In this document: positions 15,797-23,235 of the stretch, piece after piece
Layout: each line of letters starts with the position of its first letter
Position numbering within the stretch: position 1 is the first letter of the stretch
DNA from: a virus
Length of the DNA: 37,889 nucleotides
Virus record (IMG/VR): IMGVR_UViG_3300045988_047443
Span: 1-37,889 of that record
Reading direction: 5' to 3' (one strand)
The notes under the pieces: generated by a model
Database searches by the model: none
The model's input: only the letters and a program-made list of their open reading frames with translations
What the model was told of the DNA's origin: nothing
Program-made: the position numbers and the translations under genes

Positions 15797-15987
15797 GGCA
15801 TAATTTACGAAAGAATATGCCAAAAATATGCCAATGTTCCTATATATGCTTTATATATAGGATTTTATTTATTATATAAGAATCGGACAGGTATATTCCA
15901 CCATATCATTGTAGTAATTTACAGTACTTCTGCGTACTCTAGAATACTGTGATTTTCAATATAAAATATGCCAAAAACTATGCCAAT
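15797..15987. other. attP region with arm-type repeats
   Basis: AATATGCCAAAAATATGCCAAT (15814-15835) and AATATGCCAAAAACTATGCCAAT (15965-15987). An inverted copy GGCATA is at about 15798. Hairpin TCCTATATA-N-TATATAGGA is at 15838-15862. Confidence 0.55.
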
Positions 15988-15999
15988 AAAAAATGCAGA

Positions 16000-16182
16000 C
16001 TATTTTTTTTGAGCCTGCATATCTTTTCTGATTAATTTTTTGATATATCCCATTTTAGAATCAACCTCATCCAATTTCTTTATGATGTCTGCGTCCGTAT
16101 TGTAACTTAAACGAACGCAAATCATCGTTGTATTATTCTTATTCGATTTATTGTTAGCTCTAATCTTTGCTTCTGAAGCCAT
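16000..16182 (-). CDS. Ribbon-helix-helix (Arc/CopG-like) protein, 60 aa
   Basis: ICVRLSYNTDADIIKKLDEVDSKMGYIKKLIRKDM fits a beta-strand / helix / helix RHH pattern. ATG at 16182. Confidence 0.5.
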   Translation of the reverse strand: MASEAKIRANNKSNKNNTTMICVRLSYNTDADIIKKLDEVDSKMGYIKKLIRKDMQAQKK

Positions 16183-16183
16183 A

Positions 16184-16282
16184 TTATACCTCAAGAGCTT
16201 TCTTAATCGAATTTTCGAGCGCATTTGCGATTGCAATATCTTCATCTTCATACTGATGCATTTGTTTATTCCATCTTAACAT
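16184..16282 (-). CDS. Small acidic protein (32 aa)
   Basis: AAGGAGGAAATAGAA-ATG. Translation MLRWNKQMHQYEDEDIAIANALENSIKKALEV. Confidence 0.4.
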   Translation of the reverse strand: MLRWNKQMHQYEDEDIAIANALENSIKKALEV

Positions 16283-16302
16283 TTCTATTTCCTCCTTATA
16301 TA

Positions 16303-16392
16303 TTACTTAACTAACCAAACAACTAACAATGCAATTCCTAATACAATTACAATTACATCTAGAATCGTTTTTACTTTCTGTAGTCTTTCCAT
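16303..16392 (-). CDS. 29-aa single-pass hydrophobic peptide
   Basis: GGAGGACAAGAA-ATG. Translation MERLQKVKTILDVIVIVLGIALLVVWLVK. Confidence 0.45.
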   Translation of the reverse strand: MERLQKVKTILDVIVIVLGIALLVVWLVK

Positions 16393-16438
16393 TTCTTGTC
16401 CTCCTTTTATGTGGTACAATGAAGTAAAGAGTAGGGAA

Positions 16439-16561
16439 TTAATTCCCTAAGCTCTTTATAATCGTTATTGCAAATGCGAGAATTTCAATAACGTTTTTAG
16501 CAATCTCTAAGTAGATGTTAACCGTCTCTGCTTTACGATTGCTTTTTTTATTTGTTTTCAT
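16439..16561 (-). CDS. 40-aa peptide with basic N-terminus and hydrophobic/amphipathic C-terminus
   Basis: TAGGAGGTTAAAT-ATG. Translation MKTNKKSNRKAETVNIYLEIAKNVIEILAFAITIIKSLGN. Confidence 0.45.
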   Translation of the reverse strand: MKTNKKSNRKAETVNIYLEIAKNVIEILAFAITIIKSLGN

Positions 16562-16611
16562 ATTTAACCTCCTAAAACAAATATTCCTTGCCTTTATCTG
16601 ACCACATATAT

Positions 16612-16640
16612 AGTATAACATACACGTATATACGTGTAAA
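16612..16640 (-). promoter_or_regulatory. Promoter TTTACA-17-TATACT with a 16-bp palindromic operator ACACGTATATACGTGT (16622-16637)
   Basis: Read directly on the minus strand upstream of the small-peptide operon. Confidence 0.6.
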
Positions 16641-16650
16641 GGACTTTTTT

Positions 16651-16684
16651 GAAAAAATAAAAAAAGCCCTGTATAAACAGAGCT
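16651..16684 (-). terminator. Rho-independent terminator
   Basis: Minus strand AGCTCTG-TTTATA-CAGGGCT followed by TTTTTTTATTTTTT. Confidence 0.6.
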
Positions 16685-16744
16685 ACCATAGATTAACATC
16701 AAAATGAATATTAACCTCAAGCCTATTCAATTATAACATATATA

Positions 16745-16773
16745 AAGAGCCTATGCATTACACATAGGCTTTA
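16745..16773 (-). terminator. Terminator after the endolysin gene
   Basis: AGCCTATG-N7-CATAGGCT followed by CTTTATATAT. Confidence 0.55.
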
Positions 16774-16776
16774 GTA

Positions 16777-18219
16777 TTATTTAAATAGTTTCGACACCTT
16801 TTTTAATATTTTCAAAATCAAAGCAATAATCTGATTGATTCCATTTACATTAATTTTATCATTTTTTGAATCGTCTTTTTTTATTTCTTCTTTTTTTGGA
16901 TTTGACTGATAAAAATCAATACCGTGATATATCACATCCTTATCCAATGGATTTGATGTATATTGATAAATCACTGCTTTGTCTGATTGGTCCGATTGAA
17001 TCGTTCCATCATTTGTACCCCAATTTGCAATCCATAAAGGATAGTCTGTATCAACATAAGTTCCAATCCAAGAAGTAGAAGTATAAACACCTGTGTAGTA
17101 TCCTTTTTCTTTTAGAATATCGCAAAATATCTTGCATGAGTTAGTACATCTTTCTTTTGTTAATACACCATTTTTCTTTTTATATCCATCTGCATCTTCC
17201 ATATCAAACCAAACGCCCATTTGAATATCTTTATCTTTAATTAAGTTTAGAATGTAATTTGCTTCTGCTTTTGCTTCATCATCATTTAGTGCATAATCAT
17301 ACACGTATACACCATAAGGAACATTTGCACTTTCACAAGCTTTTACAAAGCTCTCAAACTTCTCATCTGTGTTTTCGCCGTAACAAGCACGAATAATCAC
17401 AAAATCATATTTTGATACGTTGATGTCTGTATTGTGCTCTGAAACATCAACTCCATAGCCTTTTACATTCTTTGTGTAATCAACTTTTTCAACTGGCTTT
17501 TCTGTAGGTATTGGAGTTGGCTTAGTTTCTTCTTTAATTTCTGAGAAGGTTGCCCATAGTTCTTTGCCTTGAGTTTCTGAATTAGAAATAGCCATAAATT
17601 GAGTCTTATCTTTATTTACGACCCACCTGTGTCCGTTTGCTACAACTTTATAGTAGTATTCGAATTGAAAGCCTGTATTCACACGTTTGATAACTGCTCC
17701 ATTTGGTGAGCTTTGTCTAATTGCTACTGCGTCAACTATAAGTGTAGCTAATGCATGCTCTGATACCAATTTATTGACATCATATGTAGTGTTAGATGTT
17801 TGATTCACTAAACATTTAGGCCTAAATCCTGTATCGTATGTGGCACTGTATGGGAATTTGCATAAATTAAATGCTCCTCCTACGCCACCTTGATTTTGCC
17901 CTAGAAACCAACCATATTTGCCATCAATATCTGAATCAAATATAGCAATATGTGAATATGGTGTAACATTTGGCACTTCTTTAAATACAACAATATCACC
18001 GGGTTTATATATAGATACTTCAATACTGTTTCTTAAAATTCCATTTGTCTTTCTGTATATCCAAATATCTTTAGCGTATTTACTGACTGTACAACTAATT
18101 CTTGGGTATCCTAGTTTCTCATACCAATACATTGCGCCATCCCAACATTGTGAGCCATAAGCTCCATCAATGTCAATTCTTTTGCCTAATACGGCGTTTT
18201 TAAAACTTTGATAATCTAT
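16777..18219 (-). CDS. Endolysin: CHAP, SH3b-like and GH25 muramidase domains plus a C-terminal amphipathic helix
   Basis: GSQCWD and YSHIAIF mark CHAP. GVDVSEHN...IIRACYG...WFDMED marks GH25. AAGGAGG plus 9 nt then ATA at 18219. The alternative is ATG at 18273 (ATGA overlap). Confidence 0.8.
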   Translation of the reverse strand: MDYQSFKNAVLGKRIDIDGAYGSQCWDGAMYWYEKLGYPRISCTVSKYAKDIWIYRKTNGILRNSIEVSIYKPGDIVVFKEVPNVTPYSHIAIFDSDIDGKYGWFLGQNQGGVGGAFNLCKFPYSATYDTGFRPKCLVNQTSNTTYDVNKLVSEHALATLIVDAVAIRQSSPNGAVIKRVNTGFQFEYYYKVVANGHRWVVNKDKTQFMAISNSETQGKELWATFSEIKEETKPTPIPTEKPVEKVDYTKNVKGYGVDVSEHNTDINVSKYDFVIIRACYGENTDEKFESFVKACESANVPYGVYVYDYALNDDEAKAEANYILNLIKDKDIQMGVWFDMEDADGYKKKNGVLTKERCTNSCKIFCDILKEKGYYTGVYTSTSWIGTYVDTDYPLWIANWGTNDGTIQSDQSDKAVIYQYTSNPLDKDVIYHGIDFYQSNPKKEEIKKDDSKNDKINVNGINQIIALILKILKKVSKLFK

Positions 18220-18269
18220 TAAAAAAATCCTCCTTATATGCCGATTATAGCACATAAAGAGGATATTTA

Positions 18270-18707
18270 TCATTGATATACTGAAAACATTTCTCTTAAC
18301 TTATCTCTTACCATTTCTCTTTCTTCTTGAAAGTCGCTAGACGTTTTCATTTCTTCTAAGATTCCATACATAGCACTAAGAAAGGCTTCTAATTCACGAA
18401 TTGAATTTTGTTTATCAATTTCATTGTTATCTTTTCGATATTCTTTTTTAGCTTCTATGTATTTCCTAAAATGGCTATTCATCAATGCAATATTATCATC
18501 AATTTCCGTTCCTTCAATATCTGTATCATTTGTTTTTAATGCATTTATAGCAGTTCTTCCATCACTCATAGCTAGTATTGTATCAATGTCTTTGATATTG
18601 TCTAAAGCTTGGCTCATAACTTTAAAATCTAAATCATTGTATCCTTTTTCTAGTCCTCTCATTGCTTCGGTTAAGAGGTCTAGATTCCTTTTTCTAACCT
18701 CTTGCAT
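18270..18707 (-). CDS. Helical hypothetical protein
   Basis: 145 aa, ATG start. Confidence 0.55.
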   Translation of the reverse strand: MQEVRKRNLDLLTEAMRGLEKGYNDLDFKVMSQALDNIKDIDTILAMSDGRTAINALKTNDTDIEGTEIDDNIALMNSHFRKYIEAKKEYRKDNNEIDKQNSIRELEAFLSAMYGILEEMKTSSDFQEEREMVRDKLREMFSVYQ

Positions 18708-18714
18708 GATACAC

Positions 18715-19134
18715 CTACGCTAATTTCTTAATGATGATATTTGCATTTTGAACAGATAAATCTAATCCACTGTTATTTCCTAATGTAATCGTGTAAGAAG
18801 CTCCACAAGGTACTTGAATCAATGTAGCTCCACTTACATTTCCGTATGCACTTGCAGTAGCTACATTATATAAAGATTCTGTTCCTCCTACTGCTTCTCC
18901 ATTCTGTTCTAATTCTAAAGAAGCAACTCCTACTGTTGCACTTGTGATGTCTGCCGTATATTCTACTTCATAAATTCCTTGTTTCGTCAACGTAAATAGT
19001 CCACTTCCCACATCATGAGCAAGCCAACCTTTACAAGCACATTGGCATGATTTCGTTCTTACTCTATCCGTTGGAAATAATACATTTTGTCCGTTTGCTA
19101 CTGTCTGTACTGCTGTTGCGATACTATTAATCAT
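18715..19134 (-). CDS. Small beta-rich protein, C1q/TNF-like (BclA C-terminal-domain-like), tentative
   Basis: GIYEVEYTADITSATVGVASLELEQNGEAVGG ... ASYTITLGNNSGLDLSVQNANIIIKKLA. AGGAGGAAAAGAAAA precedes the ATG. Confidence 0.4.
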   Translation of the reverse strand: MINSIATAVQTVANGQNVLFPTDRVRTKSCQCACKGWLAHDVGSGLFTLTKQGIYEVEYTADITSATVGVASLELEQNGEAVGGTESLYNVATASAYGNVSGATLIQVPCGASYTITLGNNSGLDLSVQNANIIIKKLA

Positions 19135-19150
19135 TTTTCTTTTCCTCCTA

Positions 19151-19182
19151 TATAAAATAAACGGGTAGCCTTTCGACTACCC
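19151..19182 (-). terminator. Rho-independent terminator inside the accessory cluster
   Basis: Minus strand GGGTAG-TCGAAAGG-CTACCC followed by GTTTATTTTAT. Confidence 0.55.
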
Positions 19183-19217
19183 TATAATCCAAAGGCTATT
19201 GCCTAATCTCTTTCGAG

Positions 19218-19829
19218 CTAGATTTGGTTACATCCACAACCTGTCATATTGTATGCATAATAAGGTGAGCAAGTAAGATATGCTGGTTTTGGCGTTGGCT
19301 GCAATGTATTGATGATATTTGCAGATTGAGCCTGTTGACTTAATTGGAAGTTTGCAGTTAACAAATCTCTGTCTCTATCTGCTAATTTATCACGCAATTC
19401 TTGCATTGTGTTAGCATTAATTAATGCTCTTGTTGCTTCGCCTTCTGCGTGGATTGCAGTGGTAATATCACATGTGTTTTTAAAGCTCTGTGTATTTACA
19501 CCATCAATCGCTCTTTGCGTTGCACAACAACATTCTTGAGTCTGTTGACCTAGATTCTGTAAGCCTAATTGTGTAGTGTATCGGCTTTCTAAAATGTCTC
19601 TTGAATTTTGGAAACCTTGGCTAGATACATTCTGATTTGTGTTGAATAAATCACGTTTGATAAATTCTTGATTCATTAATTCATCATTCTGTAGGTTTCC
19701 ATTGTTACCCCAATTTCCACCAAATAACAAGAATAAAAGGATAATCCAAATCCAATATCCTCCACCAAATTCATTGTTGTTTCTGTCTGCTAAATCGTAC
19801 ATTGGTTGAATACCATTCATGCTTTCCAT
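19218..19829 (-). CDS. Membrane-anchored Q/N- and Cys-rich protein
   Basis: GGGYWIWIILLFLLFGGNWGNNG is a TM segment resembling tiny-TM/YjcZ proteins. Also has a CCC triplet and the C-terminus TGCGCNQI. Confidence 0.5.
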   Translation of the reverse strand: MESMNGIQPMYDLADRNNNEFGGGYWIWIILLFLLFGGNWGNNGNLQNDELMNQEFIKRDLFNTNQNVSSQGFQNSRDILESRYTTQLGLQNLGQQTQECCCATQRAIDGVNTQSFKNTCDITTAIHAEGEATRALINANTMQELRDKLADRDRDLLTANFQLSQQAQSANIINTLQPTPKPAYLTCSPYYAYNMTGCGCNQI

Positions 19830-19853
19830 TTATATTTCCTCCTTTCAACGCAA

Positions 19854-20063
19854 TTAGCGTTTTAGCCCATATTGATTAGCCACTGAATCAAATTGTTGCT
19901 TCTGTTGTGGCGTTAGTTGCCCCATCATATTACTTAGCAATACTTGGGGATTCTGCCCACTTTGCATTAATTGTTGAACTTGATTAAATGCTTGTGGGTT
20001 TCTTTGTTGCAACATACCCATCAACATTTGTTGAGGGTTCATCATATTCATTAAAGGATTCAC
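19854..20063 (-). CDS. Gln/Met-rich small protein (69 aa)
   Basis: MNPLMNMMNPQQMLMGMLQQRNPQAF.... GTG start overlaps the upstream TGA, 8 nt after AAAGGAG. Confidence 0.5.
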   Translation of the reverse strand: MNPLMNMMNPQQMLMGMLQQRNPQAFNQVQQLMQSGQNPQVLLSNMMGQLTPQQKQQFDSVANQYGLKR

Positions 20064-20485
20064 GCTTTAAGCTCCTTTCTAGGCGTTTCTTTGTTTGCCT
20101 TTGTATTTATATTACTTCCGTCTTTTAGACCTAATATCATAGCTTCTAGCTTGTCTAAGCGTTGCTCTATGTTGTCTTTTTTTGGTTCTGTCTCTTCTTG
20201 GAATCTGTATTTCTTGAAACTGCCGTCTAATGATTTCATGTAGAACACTGAATCATTTCTATCTAGCATAATACTAGGCAAACCATTCACCATCATATTC
20301 CTTGCTTCTTGTTCATTATTGACCCATTTTCCATTAAAATCATTTAATCCCATGTTAGGCGTGATTTGGTTGTTAATATTAATAGGTGGAATATTTGCTA
20401 GTTGTTGAATGTTCTGTAATTGTGATTCAATCATCTGCTTTTGATTCATTAAATTATTAATTCTGTCATTGATTGGATTATACAT
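20060..20485 (-). CDS. Q/N-rich hypothetical protein
   Basis: ATG at 20485 after AAAGAGGTGAGCAAA. Confidence 0.5.
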   Translation of the reverse strand: MYNPINDRINNLMNQKQMIESQLQNIQQLANIPPININNQITPNMGLNDFNGKWVNNEQEARNMMVNGLPSIMLDRNDSVFYMKSLDGSFKKYRFQEETEPKKDNIEQRLDKLEAMILGLKDGSNINTKANKETPRKELKA

Positions 20486-20563
20486 TTTGCTCACCTCTTT
20501 ACGCCTTTAATTATATTCATGAGCAATCTCAATTTGTTTCCACATTAATGTCAAATAAATGTC

Positions 20564-20589
20564 AAAAAAAAGAGGTTTTTCAACCTCTT
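20564..20589 (-). terminator. Rho-independent terminator after the HTH gene
   Basis: Minus strand AAGAGGTT-GAAA-AACCTCTT followed by TTTTTTT. Confidence 0.7.
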
Positions 20590-20854
20590 AATTATCATCT
20601 AAAAACGTTTCTTTTTCACTGCTTTTTCTTGGTGGTAGGACTGCGCTATACTTCTCTACTGTATCATACTTATTCTTAATCTTTTTGATAATTCGATTCA
20701 CACTAGAAACACTCATGTTTAATCTATCGGCTTGTTCTCTAACTGTCCATCCGTATATTCTTGTTCTTAAAATCATTTCTTCATCTTTAGTTAATAAAGC
20801 TAGATTAATAAATTCTTCAAGAATAATCTTATTCCAAGGTACTTGATTCGTCAT
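20588..20854 (-). CDS. Sigma-70 region-4-like HTH protein
   Basis: LTKDEEMILRTRIYGWTVREQADRLNMSVSSVNRIIKKIKNKY. Confidence 0.5.
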   Translation of the reverse strand: MTNQVPWNKIILEEFINLALLTKDEEMILRTRIYGWTVREQADRLNMSVSSVNRIIKKIKNKYDTVEKYSAVLPPRKSSEKETFLDDN

Positions 20855-21335
20855 TGTCTTGTTCTTCGTTAACGAGTTTATCTGCTACTTCTAATCCTTT
20901 AGTTAATACTTTTGGTACATTGTAACCACATTGTAATAAATTCTCCATAACGCTACGAGATTCATTAATACATAGCGAAGCTAACACAAACCAACCTAGC
21001 AATGTAGATACATGGAAATTAAGTCCTAGAATTTCTCCAACTTCTACCAAAAAAGCACTGAACGTGAACGCAACGACAATCATAATCCAATAGCCTAGCT
21101 TTTTAAGCACTCCAATCCATCCTTTATTACTATTGATTTTATGAGCAATAGCCGACTTCATGCACCCCGTAATGTAGTCAACTACATTCATAAATAAGAA
21201 GAATGCGAATAAATACCAATGTTCACCTAATACGTATGTTAATACGGCAACGGCTACACCACCCATCGCATTCATTTTGTCTAGAAAATACATACTTCTT
21301 GCTATTTGCTTAAATCCTCCATTTTTCTTTTCTAT
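20829..21335 (-). CDS. Holin (phage_holin_4 / TcdE-like)
   Basis: VDYITGCMKSA...KGWIGVLKKLGYW...INESRSVMENL, with multiple TM segments. AAGGAG plus 8 nt then ATA at 21335. The GTG at 21344 lies inside the SD. Confidence 0.65.
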   Translation of the reverse strand: MEKKNGGFKQIARSMYFLDKMNAMGGVAVAVLTYVLGEHWYLFAFFLFMNVVDYITGCMKSAIAHKINSNKGWIGVLKKLGYWIMIVVAFTFSAFLVEVGEILGLNFHVSTLLGWFVLASLCINESRSVMENLLQCGYNVPKVLTKGLEVADKLVNEEQDNDESSTLE

Positions 21336-21347
21336 TAAATTCACTCC

Positions 21348-22361
21348 TTACATGATTTTTAAATTATCAACCTCTAATTCTAAGGTTCTATATCCACTCT
21401 TAATAACTTCAAATATATTTCTGATTCTTGCAGTTATTACTAATCCAATTTCTGCTACTATAACATCAACTTTATCACCTAAATCATAGTCCACCTTATA
21501 CTCGTATGAATCCGTATTTAAATTAAAATTCACATTCTCTTTAATTTGATAATCTGCTAGTTTTTCAATCCCTTTTTGAATTAACACCTTCTTATATTCA
21601 TCAAGTGTTGTACCTTCTCCCATACGCTCAGAACGTGCGTCTACATACAATTTCTTGATTCTTTCATTCTTATCTTTTCTAGCGTCATATTCAACATAAA
21701 TACGCTCTTCGCCTTGCCCCTCTCCACAAATGATTGCATAGTTCTTGTATTTACTAGAATCAATCATAACGTCCGGTTCTTCAACATTTCCAAACTCTGT
21801 TGAAAAGGTAACGAAATTGTTTCCTTCTGTATTGTTTTGAGTTAAATCACGACCACGATACAACACAAATGTGAACGTACTTGATACATAATCATATTCT
21901 ATACGAAAAGACAATTCTAACGGATATAGCAACTCATAAAGCTTCTTATCAAGGTTTGCTCCTGTTTCTTGTACGTCTACGGTATCTGTAATGGATTCAT
22001 CATATCTATACCCCATTTCCCATGAGCAATACCTATCTAATAATTTCTTTACTACATCAACAATGTTTCCACTGCTTGAGAATGTAGGATAAATACAATC
22101 ATCTGTTAGAATCTTTTCAAAAAAAGAACCTCTAAGCAACATTTGTTTCGTGTTGTTTGAAACGGAATAATGCGGTATTTCTACAATTCCTAACTCTTTA
22201 TCCTCAGTAGAGTAAATGTATGTAATATCACTTGAATACTGCCCTATATCAATATAAATCTCAAAATCTCCTGTTTCATAATATCGCCGATTCCACTGCA
22301 CGTTATAAGGTGCTAGATGAGTTACGATATTGAAATCTTTATCTAATCCAAAGTAAGACAT
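21348..22361 (-). CDS. Tail-tip protein, Sipho_Gp37-like
   Basis: MSYFGLDKDFNIVTHLAPYNVQWNRRYYETGDFEIYI matches the family N-terminal pattern as I recall it. Follows Dit. Confidence 0.5.
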   Translation of the reverse strand: MSYFGLDKDFNIVTHLAPYNVQWNRRYYETGDFEIYIDIGQYSSDITYIYSTEDKELGIVEIPHYSVSNNTKQMLLRGSFFEKILTDDCIYPTFSSSGNIVDVVKKLLDRYCSWEMGYRYDESITDTVDVQETGANLDKKLYELLYPLELSFRIEYDYVSSTFTFVLYRGRDLTQNNTEGNNFVTFSTEFGNVEEPDVMIDSSKYKNYAIICGEGQGEERIYVEYDARKDKNERIKKLYVDARSERMGEGTTLDEYKKVLIQKGIEKLADYQIKENVNFNLNTDSYEYKVDYDLGDKVDVIVAEIGLVITARIRNIFEVIKSGYRTLELEVDNLKIM

Positions 22362-22362
22362 A

Positions 22363-23235
22363 CTATATACCTAAATACCTTTCGTTGTAGTAAACAGTGC
22401 AAGCTAAGTTCGTATCTCCATTATCTGCCGTATATCCTATGATATTCTCACCTAAATTAATAGTCATATCATTGAATGATGAAGTTCTATCAACTTTGCC
22501 GATACAATTCACGCTATTCTTCTTGATTGATATAGGCTCAGAAACTAAGTCAATTTCTAACACATCACCATAGTGTAGCGTGTCTAATACACGAATATAT
22601 TTATCTTTATTGAATAATTTCGGATTTGTTACATCCCCAAAGGCTTCAATAACGGCTCTGCAATATGTTTCTGTATCGCCTTGATTATCAATATAGATTT
22701 CTCTAGCAAATGTGAATGTTCCAAAGTTTACGCCTGTTTCCGGTATTTCAAAATTGAATGCTAAACCTCCACCAATTTCCGCAATATTCTTTGCAAAATT
22801 ATCAAATGAAAGCAATAAAGGTTGCGTACATAGAATCGTAAAGTTAAGCTCTAAATCTTTATAGATGTTAACAGTAGGCAAGCTATACGCATATAATCTT
22901 CCCCTGCAATATTTCTTTTCTCCCATATACTCGACTATCACATCAAATACATGAGAATATTGGAAGAAGCGCCGTAGCTTCTCCCTTTCTTCTCTTTTTT
23001 CTTCTAGTGAACCTTTAAAGGTAGCTTTCACGCTTCTTTCTTTCGTTGGAATACGTGAGCCAATTAATCTAGCACCATTTCCGAATGCGTTGTCTTGAGT
23101 AGTATATGAAGGTGCTACATAATCAAATCCATCTAAGCCATCACTTGAAGGAATCCTCCATCTTTTTTGGTTATCAATTTCAAATTCTTTACCATCATCC
23201 CTACGGACGATAACTCTAACTTTATTCAAATCTAT
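22363..23235 (-). CDS. Distal tail protein (Dit)
   Basis: Position after the TMP. GGAGGTG plus 7 nt then ATA at 23235 (ATAG overlap with the TMP stop). TTG at 23229 is the alternative. Confidence 0.6.
   Translation of the reverse strand: MDLNKVRVIVRRDDGKEFEIDNQKRWRIPSSDGLDGFDYVAPSYTTQDNAFGNGARLIGSRIPTKERSVKATFKGSLEEKREEREKLRRFFQYSHVFDVIVEYMGEKKYCRGRLYAYSLPTVNIYKDLELNFTILCTQPLLLSFDNFAKNIAEIGGGLAFNFEIPETGVNFGTFTFAREIYIDNQGDTETYCRAVIEAFGDVTNPKLFNKDKYIRVLDTLHYGDVLEIDLVSEPISIKKNSVNCIGKVDRTSSFNDMTINLGENIIGYTADNGDTNLACTVYYNERYLGI

Noticed and set aside
15863-15960. A tRNA 3' fragment as the attP core.
   Set aside because: aatcggacagg vaguely resembles a T-arm, but I cannot fold or align it convincingly without a host sequence.
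16439-16720. The 93-aa track ORF spanning the promoter/operator region.
   Set aside because: It runs through the promoter, the palindromic operator and a terminator. Only the last 40 codons follow a strong SD (TAGGAGGT), so I called the 40-aa version 16439-16561.
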